Shown in pieces: positions 37,118 through 44,593 of a stretch of DNA of 64,000 nucleotides. Numbering within the stretch: the stretch's first letter is position 1; each line of letters starts with the position of its first letter. A model generated the notes under the pieces. The model did not search any database. It saw only the letters and a list, made by a program, of their open reading frames with translations, and had not been told where the DNA came from. Position numbers and translations under genes: made by a program. This DNA is from Gammaproteobacteria bacterium (GTDB taxonomy: Bacteria; Pseudomonadota; Gammaproteobacteria; SZUA-229), in the NCBI GenBank assembly GCA_026195255.1, contig JAPHSS010000035.1, positions 12,858 through 76,857 on the forward strand. The letters run 5' to 3'.

Positions 37118-37816
37118 CTAAACCACCATTTGCCTCAACTGACAAATATCATTAATGGTAATGGCATTACCTTCGACCTGTATCAGTTCCTGAGCCTTAA
37201 GTGTGCCCAGCTGACGAGACAAGGTTTCCGGCTGAATCGAAAGCCATGATGCAATAACACATTTCGGGGCTTCTAAATATATTGTGTATGAGTGCTTGTC
37301 CTGGTGACTGCCAGGTATTTGTTTTAATAAAAAATTGACCAGGCGATTTCCAGCGTTTTGCATGGTTAAATAATCAACCTGCTCTATATAATGCTGTATA
37401 TCCATACTCATGGTAGACATCAACTTGAAACAGGTGTCTATAGATGTACCAAGAACTTTGATAAATGATTCTGAGTCAAATGTCAGCAAGTCTGTATTAG
37501 CCAATGCTTCCGCTGAAAAAGGGTATACCGGCTGATCCACAAAAAGAAGACTTTCCGCAATAATCTGCCTGGGCTGTATGATATCAACCACACGTTCATT
37601 ACCGTCAAAAGTCACACTAAACTGTTTTATCAGCCCGGATCTAACGAAAAAAAATCTATTCGCCGTCTGACCCTGGGTGAACAATCTGCTGCCTTTGGGT
37701 AGAAGAGAGACTCGGGTAGACTTGCGCACACGTCTTAGTTGCAAGTCGGTTAAACCAGATAACAGAGGAATTTTACTTAATTCTGATAATGAAATAGAAC
37801 CGGTGCTAATAAGCAT
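37118..37816 (-). CDS. Crp/Fnr family regulator without the FNR Cys cluster (Dnr/NnrR-like)
   Basis: cNMP-binding-like beta-roll (FFFVRSGLIKQFSVTFDGNERVVDII). The C-terminal HTH carries the E--SR recognition motif (QPETLSRQLGTLK). There is no N-terminal Cys cluster. Confidence 0.7.
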   Translation of the reverse strand: MLISTGSISLSELSKIPLLSGLTDLQLRRVRKSTRVSLLPKGSRLFTQGQTANRFFFVRSGLIKQFSVTFDGNERVVDIIQPRQIIAESLLFVDQPVYPFSAEALANTDLLTFDSESFIKVLGTSIDTCFKLMSTMSMDIQHYIEQVDYLTMQNAGNRLVNFLLKQIPGSHQDKHSYTIYLEAPKCVIASWLSIQPETLSRQLGTLKAQELIQVEGNAITINDICQLRQMVV

Positions 37817-38262
37817 AATCAGCAGCTTTACATTCTGTCTGAAAAAAAACCATTATTTACCCATTTACAGTTTATACCCGATGTTATTTCAGGTCGTCTG
37901 CATTATTTAATAAGCACGGTCTCGTCGAACCATATTCCTATATGCGCAACTCAAGGGCCGGTGCCAGATTTGTGACTGATTATAATAACCAGACGGGGCA
38001 CGCATATCCAGACTATGTCGCCAGCAACCCGCGAATCATATAAATAAATTATCAAACTGGCAATCGATATTTGTAAATAGCCACATTAAACCGAAAAGCT
38101 ATCAGTGTGTTCTGCTTTTGACACAGGTACATGCAATAGCCGAGTTTAAAGAATTAAAACTTGTCGTAGGACATTCTCAAAACCTTAACGTATAAATCAT
38201 TATATATATTAGATAACCGATTTTTATTGGACATTATTATCGAAACAATCGATATTAAGCTC

Positions 38263-39141
38263 ATGGATATGAATCAGGTAAGAACATTTCTCGCTGTTGT
38301 GGCTAATGGCAGCTTTCTCGAAGCCGCCAGCCGCCTGCACGTCACTCAGTCAACCGTAAGCGGCCGTATTCAGGGGCTTGAAACCTTTCTGGGTGCCACT
38401 CTATTTGTGCGTAATCGTTCCGGAGCGAAATTAACGCCTGCAGGTAAACGTTTTGTGCATCACGCAAAATCCATCGTGCTGACACTTGATCAGGCACTTC
38501 ATGATGTGGGTTTACCCAGCCGCTACCGTGCCAGTATAACGATCGGCGCACGGATTGCCTTATGGGAGGTATTTCTACCGCAATGGGTTGGTGAGATGCG
38601 ACTCTCCTCACCTGATATTTCCATCCGTAGTGAAATCGGCTTTGAAGAAGATCTGATGCGCCGTGTTATTGAGGGCAATATCGACGTGGCACTCATGTAC
38701 ACACCCCAACACAGCCCGGGCATCAAGGTCGAGCGCATTTTCGACGAAACCCTGGTGTTATTGACCACCGACCCCACGAAACCCTGGCCTAATGAAGATT
38801 ATATTTACGTGGACTGGGGACCATCATTCTATGCCCAGCATAGTAGTAACTATCCCGACCTGGAACGTCCGGCCCAGGTAGTCAATATCGGCTGGCTGGG
38901 TGTGCAGATCATACTCAGCAATGGCGGCTCGTGTTTTGTTCCAGTACGTATGGCTGAGCCACTAATCCGCGCGGGTAAGTTATTTCTTATGCCCGACAGT
39001 CCACAGTTTAAATTACCCGCGTATATGGTTTATCCCCACAATAGCGAGTCAGTTGTGCTCGAACAGGTAGTCAAACATCTGCGTCAAAAAGCCAAACTGG
39101 AGCAACAAAAAACGTTACAGGTAGATGGCCTGTTTGAGTGA
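38263..39141 (+). CDS. LysR family transcriptional regulator
   Basis: MDMNQVRTFLAVVANGSFLEAASRLHVTQSTVSGRIQGLETFLGATLFVR. Confidence 0.85.
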   Translation: MDMNQVRTFLAVVANGSFLEAASRLHVTQSTVSGRIQGLETFLGATLFVRNRSGAKLTPAGKRFVHHAKSIVLTLDQALHDVGLPSRYRASITIGARIALWEVFLPQWVGEMRLSSPDISIRSEIGFEEDLMRRVIEGNIDVALMYTPQHSPGIKVERIFDETLVLLTTDPTKPWPNEDYIYVDWGPSFYAQHSSNYPDLERPAQVVNIGWLGVQIILSNGGSCFVPVRMAEPLIRAGKLFLMPDSPQFKLPAYMVYPHNSESVVLEQVVKHLRQKAKLEQQKTLQVDGLFE

Positions 39142-39315
39142 GCGCAAACGCCCCCCTTTTCAAACCAGCAGTTAATGAACCGACAGAATAACAACTATTC
39201 TGTCGGTTTTAATATCTGTTTTTCCGATATCAAATACAGGATTATACCATTTGACCGATACAATAGCTGAGTTTATAGTCTAGTCATAAACAAGTACTAA
39301 TCTGGAGACGACACT

Positions 39316-39648
39316 ATGAGCACCAATACGCAGGCGACATACGGCAATGAAGGTTATTTAGTCGACCCACTCGACTGGGATGAATCCGTAGCCGCTACCC
39401 TGGCCTCGGATGAAGGCATTCAACTCGGTGCCGATTATTGGCTCGTGCTTAACTTTATGCGTGAATACTGGCTGGAACACCGGGTAGCTCCAGATGTACG
39501 ACATGTAGTTGATTTTCTGGCAAAAGAAAAAGAGCTGGATAAAAAAGCCGCCAAAAAACACCTGTTCAGCCTGTTCCCATACGGTTATGTTAAACAGGCA
39601 TGCAAAATCGCCGGCATGCAACGCCCTCGCGCCTGGAGTACGGGTTAA
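39316..39648 (+). CDS. DsrC/TusE family protein lacking the penultimate cysteine
   Basis: 110 aa. EGYLVDPLDWDESVA...YWLVLNFMREYWLEH...LFPYGYVKQACKIAGMQRPRAWSTG. The internal arm Cys (ACKIAG) is present. The C-terminal ...GC(V/I) is replaced by WSTG. Confidence 0.75.
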   Translation: MSTNTQATYGNEGYLVDPLDWDESVAATLASDEGIQLGADYWLVLNFMREYWLEHRVAPDVRHVVDFLAKEKELDKKAAKKHLFSLFPYGYVKQACKIAGMQRPRAWSTG

Positions 39649-39682
39649 CCCCTGAAAGAAGACAAATTTCAAGGGGTCTTTT

Positions 39683-39703
39683 TCAAGGGGTCAGACTCCT
39701 TGA
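39683..39703 (-). repeat. REP unit (inverted orientation) on the 3' side of RAYT-2
   Basis: TCAAGGGGTCAGACTCCTTGA is the exact reverse complement of the TCAAGGAGTCTGACCCCTTGA unit at 20638-20658. A partial copy, TCAAGGGGTC, is at 39669-39678. Confidence 0.8.
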
Positions 39704-39826
39704 AGCACAGCTTGCTTAAATTTAACTGCTTATCTAGAATATAAATCATCTTAAGTTAATTATCTATATCATTGAATTTATTATAATTATGACTAGCTCA
39801 AGGGATCTGACTAATTGGAATATAGA

Positions 39827-40534
39827 TTAATCTTCGAAAAAAACTTCTGACCTACGATCACCACCATGTCCTACGGACTTCACAGCGCGATCAAGTTGTT
39901 TTGCAATTTTCTCCTTAAATTTATCATCACCTAAAACCCAGGCTTTATTCGTGCTTTCTCGTATATCATCTAACTCCTGCGAACCCAGCTTCTTTCTAAA
40001 TATCTTACTGTATGCCGAGCTACGGCCGGCTTTTGTCTTAGCCAGGTTTTTATATTCTCTTTGAGGTGTAAGCAATTCGTTTGTTTCACCTAATGCATTA
40101 CATGCATAGCTAGACCAAGGGTAATCAGACAGTTGCTTAACCATATTTTTAGCTCGAATGGGGTTTTCTTCTATGTAACGCATACAGGTAAGTAGATACT
40201 GCTCTGTATTAATTAATGTTGCTTTATATCTACCTTCCCAAAGTGTTCCTGTTCGATTGTAGCTTTTATTAAAATATTGTACGTAATAACGCCCTATCAT
40301 TTGCATCATTTTGCCGATGCCGTTTTCTGTATGTGGTGTGATTAATAAATGTACATGGTTAGTCATTAACACATAGGCATGTATTTCACATTGATGTTTC
40401 TCCGCTGCGTCTGATAATTTTTCCAGATAGTATTCATAATCACCTGCACTTTTGAATATTTTTTGTCGATTATTCCCTCTCTGAATAACATGCTGCGGGT
40501 GACCAACTAAAACGTAACGAGGTAAACGTGCCAT
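39827..40534 (-). CDS. REP-associated tyrosine transposase (RAYT)
   Basis: MARLPRYVLVGHPQHVIQRGNNRQ, the HUH motif NHVHLLIT and the Tyr motif RYIEENPIRAKM. The start is taken at Met7 of the tracked ORF. Confidence 0.8.
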   Translation of the reverse strand: MARLPRYVLVGHPQHVIQRGNNRQKIFKSAGDYEYYLEKLSDAAEKHQCEIHAYVLMTNHVHLLITPHTENGIGKMMQMIGRYYVQYFNKSYNRTGTLWEGRYKATLINTEQYLLTCMRYIEENPIRAKNMVKQLSDYPWSSYACNALGETNELLTPQREYKNLAKTKAGRSSAYSKIFRKKLGSQELDDIRESTNKAWVLGDDKFKEKIAKQLDRAVKSVGHGGDRRSEVFFED

Positions 40535-40590
40535 AGTAATCGTCCTATACAATTTGAGTTAAATGTAAATTACCTGCTAACAACCTTATA

Positions 40591-40665
40591 TTTCAACGAG
40601 TCTGACCCCTTGAAACATTTCAACGAGTCTGACCCCTTGAAACAACGAGTCTGACCCCTTGAAAG
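40591..40665 (+). repeat. REP cluster on the 5' side of RAYT-2: 27-bp unit x2 plus a 21-bp partial copy
   Basis: TTTCAACGAGTCTGACCCCTTGAAACA at 40591-40617 and 40618-40644, then ACGAGTCTGACCCCTTGAAAG at 40645-40665. Confidence 0.85.
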
Positions 40666-40732
40666 TTCAACAATGCTCAGTATGACCTTATTCATATACT
40701 TTTACTCTTTTCCAATAATTATTTACAAAATC

Positions 40733-41269
40733 CTAGACCGTATAATTCCTCAAAATTTGATTAGAGAGATCATCCTGAATAATAGGCAACAACTTTTCCC
40801 AATATTCAGTTAATCGTTTTTCATACGCTTGTTTAAAGTGTTCAGGCTTTATTTTTTTTACTGAATTATAATGACTTAAATATTGACCAGGGAAATTACC
40901 TGCTAAGTAGTCTCTTGCAGCATTTACTAATGTATCACCCTCATATTTACTTATTAACTCATCTAGATATTTTTCTTTTGATAAAGGTATCATTATTAAT
41001 ATGTCATTTTCCATCCTTGAGCGAGGCGTATCACACATAACTCTATTTTCACAACCTGATGCTCCCATATAGAGTGGATGTGAAACATTCACATAAGGAC
41101 CATCACCTCGCCAACTGGTCCCACAATCCACCGACTCACCACTAGAAGCTACAAAAACATTTTTCTTAACCTCTGACTTACCACCATGCAAAGAAAAATA
41201 TTTGCTCGACCAACTACACTCAACAACAAAATCATCTTCAGGCTGTTCAGTTTCAATCATCACCTGCAA
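40733..41269 (-). CDS. Cys-rich hypothetical protein; upstream in-frame lipoprotein signal lacks a start codon (possible frameshift)
   Basis: The tracked ORF starts at TTG 41269. The same frame continues upstream as NILTPFIYCFCSVLLSGCSG (lipobox LSGC) back to a stop at 41330-41332. An ATG at 41333 with a Lys-containing N-terminus (MKYI) is in a different frame. Confidence 0.5.
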   Translation of the reverse strand: MQVMIETEQPEDDFVVECSWSSKYFSLHGGKSEVKKNVFVASSGESVDCGTSWRGDGPYVNVSHPLYMGASGCENRVMCDTPRSRMENDILIMIPLSKEKYLDELISKYEGDTLVNAARDYLAGNFPGQYLSHYNSVKKIKPEHFKQAYEKRLTEYWEKLLPIIQDDLSNQILRNYTV

Positions 41270-41337
41270 ACCTGAGCAGCCTGATAATAAAACACTGCAA
41301 AAGCAATATATAAAAGGGGTTAATATATTTCATTGAT

Positions 41338-44142
41338 TTACCTTTTAAGCTCCCAGGTGTTTCCGTCACCCGTTATTCTATTATTATTAACAGTATAAAT
41401 ACTGTCCATTGCTATACCATACTCAAACACGATTGTTTTTGGTTTGGATATATACTTACCAGTTAGTTCATTGCCACGTTCATTAGTGTAAAAATAACCT
41501 TTCTCATATAACTCTATGACTTCTTCATTGTTTTTTATATTGAGATACGTTTTAATTTTCTTTGTACTCGCATCCCCTCTTTTCCAGCCTTTAACATCCA
41601 GATATCCACCTGTTCTAGATAATTCATTGTATCGATATTCATCAAACTCACCGTTTTTCTTATCTATTTCGCGCTGTAGGTCTGTGCTACGCATTTCCCA
41701 GAAATTAGCTTCACTCAGGTTCATCGGCGTATTGAAGAGACCATTGTTATAAATTCGTGTTAATGCTTTAGTATATTCCTGTGCTTTTTCTGGACTTTTC
41801 ACTACATTAAAAGCATTTGACCCCATATAGGTGTGGGCTAAAATTTCAAGTGACTGAATATGGTTCTGTTTTGCAGCAAACTGTAACCAATAAATAGCTT
41901 TATCAGAATCTTTTTTAACATTACTTCTTCCATAGCCATAATTCACACCTAACTCATGAGCAATATCTGCATCATTTTTTGCAGCCTGCTCGAAATACGC
42001 CAGGCCTTTTTTATAGTTGTCTGGGTTATTGTTTCTTAAATGCATAACTGCCAGTTTTTTTAATGACTTAGGATCATTATTTTTAGAAGCCAAATTAGTG
42101 CTGGTGAGTTTATTATAATTTATAAGTGCCGTTTTTTTGTAATCTTCTATCCGGCGAATATCAGCTTCACCTACAATTAATGCTGTATCTGTATATGCTA
42201 TTCTCTTTAAAATATTTTCTGCTTTAGTTAGATCGAGCGGAAAGCCGTTGACACCACCTGCATAGTTTTCAGCCGATTCAAGCATGCCGTATAGATGAAA
42301 ACTGTCTGAAGCTTTTTCAAGATAATGTCGTGATTTTTCTATATCTACCTTTATTTTAAGCCCCGACTTCTTACCCGATAAAAACATGGATAAATCATAC
42401 CGAGCACGACCGTCACCACTATCTGCTGCTTTGTATAACCACTGTAATGCTTCATTTTTAGCTGAACTGGTTATCTGTCGCATATAAGCCTGATAAAGTT
42501 TATATTGCATTGAGCCGTCACCATAACTGGCAAGCATTTTCATCCATTTAATAATTCCATTATCTGATTTATCGGCTAGCAAACTAAATTCATGTGATGC
42601 TTTTTTATTACCTTTATGATCAACAACTGCCAGCCATTTCAAGGCATCTTTTGAATTATTTATCTCATCTTGCCACTGTATTGACTGCGTACAACTCCAC
42701 TTTTCATTAATATAAACACACCCGGGTAACATCACGCTGAAATAGCGCCCCTTATTGGTGAATGCTATTTCAATATCGGTGACCTGCAACCTGTTCCTAC
42801 CCACCATAATTTGATATGAATTTGCAACGTAACTTATTTCAGAGAAGTTCACACCGCTTTTGCTGGCTTCATTAACTAACACCTGCCAGTCAGTAGTTAA
42901 CTCTGGCAGGTGTTTAATTCCAAGTAATGCTTGCACACTTTTATCTACTTCAAGCGTTTCTATAAACTTTTGCTTATCATTTGAAGTCAAACTTTTCGCA
43001 ACTGCTACTGCGATTTCATCTGGTGTATTCTGTTTAGTTAATTTCTGTTCCTGACTCTTAGCTGCTTTAACAAAACTTGCACCTTGTTCATTAATGCTAA
43101 TTTCAAGACCGGCATTTAATAACTTTTCTTTTAACCATGGGTTAGCAAACTGCCAATGTTGTGCCAATGGATCAGCATCATTCACCGCTATTAGATAATC
43201 AATGGTTTCATTAGTTTCTTTATTTGTATTTGGCATCACCTCATCAACAACTTGTTTGCGCTGCTGTTGATCACCCCGCCTGAGATACAGATAGCGATGT
43301 ACTTTTTGATCACTGATAGTGATGTTATTATTTTTTATAATTTCATTAAACTCAGTAAGTGAGGTTAACTCTATCAAGCCTTTCTGAAGATTTAATATTT
43401 CATACTTATAAGACACACTTGATTCCGGTGGGTTTTTAAGCAGGTCTATAACTCCATACTTCAACACTTTCAAACCCATCATTGCACCCAGATAATAAGC
43501 GTTATACCGTGTTTCCGGTTTTGTTTTGTCTGTTGTATATTGTTTTACCCATTTAAAAGCGACTTTATTGGGTTTTTTTATAAAATAGCGTAAAGCCGGT
43601 GCCTGTATAGAGGGGTCACGGTGTTCATTTTCTAATTGTTTGTTTACAAACGCTAATATTTCTTCTGTTTGTTCGAATTTTTCCAGTGCTCGAAATGCAT
43701 ATACATAAGGAAAAAATCGCGAAGTAGCTTTTTTTGACTGTTTCGTCTTTTCCATTATTTCAGTTACTTTTATAACAGTGCTTACGTCTGATTGATCTGC
43801 AACCTTATAAATTAAAAATAATACTGTGGATTTTAATTCATACTCAAGCTGATCGCTTGAAACAACCTTCATTAATGCCGGTATAATTGAATTACCTCTG
43901 GCTATGAGTCGCTGTACTGCTTCCTGTGATTTTCTTTTATCAAGCAGTGCGTCGATATCTTGCTTAATTGTTGTTGCATTTATGTTTAAATTAAAATTAT
44001 TAGCTTTGTTTTTAGATTCGATATTTTCAACTGTTTCTAACGGCAACGGAATAAAACCATGTGCATATAGATCACTTGCCAATAACAGCCATATCAAACA
44101 AGTGTAAAAAATTACTTTTATAAGCTTCAACATATTCATCAA
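41338..44142 (-). CDS. Large secreted/periplasmic Sel1-like (TPR-family) repeat protein
   Basis: 934 aa with an N-terminal signal/anchor (IFYTCLIWLLLASDLYAHG). Sel1-like repeats lie in the C-terminal half (ALQWLYKAADSGDGRARYDLSMFL; GLAYFEQAAKNDADIAHELGVNYGYG; AIYWLQFAAKQNHIQSLEILAHTYMG). The N-terminal third is helical-repeat-like. The coding sequence is very AT-rich. Confidence 0.65.
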   Translation of the reverse strand: MMNMLKLIKVIFYTCLIWLLLASDLYAHGFIPLPLETVENIESKNKANNFNLNINATTIKQDIDALLDKRKSQEAVQRLIARGNSIIPALMKVVSSDQLEYELKSTVLFLIYKVADQSDVSTVIKVTEIMEKTKQSKKATSRFFPYVYAFRALEKFEQTEEILAFVNKQLENEHRDPSIQAPALRYFIKKPNKVAFKWVKQYTTDKTKPETRYNAYYLGAMMGLKVLKYGVIDLLKNPPESSVSYKYEILNLQKGLIELTSLTEFNEIIKNNNITISDQKVHRYLYLRRGDQQQRKQVVDEVMPNTNKETNETIDYLIAVNDADPLAQHWQFANPWLKEKLLNAGLEISINEQGASFVKAAKSQEQKLTKQNTPDEIAVAVAKSLTSNDKQKFIETLEVDKSVQALLGIKHLPELTTDWQVLVNEASKSGVNFSEISYVANSYQIMVGRNRLQVTDIEIAFTNKGRYFSVMLPGCVYINEKWSCTQSIQWQDEINNSKDALKWLAVVDHKGNKKASHEFSLLADKSDNGIIKWMKMLASYGDGSMQYKLYQAYMRQITSSAKNEALQWLYKAADSGDGRARYDLSMFLSGKKSGLKIKVDIEKSRHYLEKASDSFHLYGMLESAENYAGGVNGFPLDLTKAENILKRIAYTDTALIVGEADIRRIEDYKKTALINYNKLTSTNLASKNNDPKSLKKLAVMHLRNNNPDNYKKGLAYFEQAAKNDADIAHELGVNYGYGRSNVKKDSDKAIYWLQFAAKQNHIQSLEILAHTYMGSNAFNVVKSPEKAQEYTKALTRIYNNGLFNTPMNLSEANFWEMRSTDLQREIDKKNGEFDEYRYNELSRTGGYLDVKGWKRGDASTKKIKTYLNIKNNEEVIELYEKGYFYTNERGNELTGKYISKPKTIVFEYGIAMDSIYTVNNNRITGDGNTWELKR

Positions 44143-44209
44143 ACATTCCCTTTACTATTTTTAATATTATACTGGGGCCAACATTCATGTTTTACCCTTT
44201 GATATCCTT

Positions 44210-44557
44210 TTAACTAAAAACACCAACAGCTATCAAAATTAATCCGACTGATCCCATAATGGCATGAAGTACGACTATGGGCATGGAGGGTGCCTTGCCC
44301 TTTTCATGTAAGGCGAATACCATCAAACCGCCTATGATGGCTAAAGTAAGAAAAAACGCGGCGGCGTTATTAAATTTGTTCGAAGTATCTGCTGCTATCT
44401 GCAGACAGAGTGCGATGAAACCGCATATGGCCAGTGCCGCATGTGTCAGCCCGAGGGCGGGTAATCGTTTGTGTTGACGGATGCCAATGATGACCAGATA
44501 TAACCCGAGGCACACAGCAACCATAAGAAGCAGCATTGCTGCTAGTGAGTAATTCAT
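44210..44557 (-). CDS. Small four-TM membrane protein, paralogue of 30601-30966
   Basis: 115 aa, immediately downstream of the RND permease. See the alignment noted for 30601-30966. Confidence 0.5.
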   Translation of the reverse strand: MNYSLAAMLLLMVAVCLGLYLVIIGIRQHKRLPALGLTHAALAICGFIALCLQIAADTSNKFNNAAAFFLTLAIIGGLMVFALHEKGKAPSMPIVVLHAIMGSVGLILIAVGVFS

Positions 44558-44593
44558 AAATATTCTGTTCCTGCTGGCTTGAAAAAAATGAGC

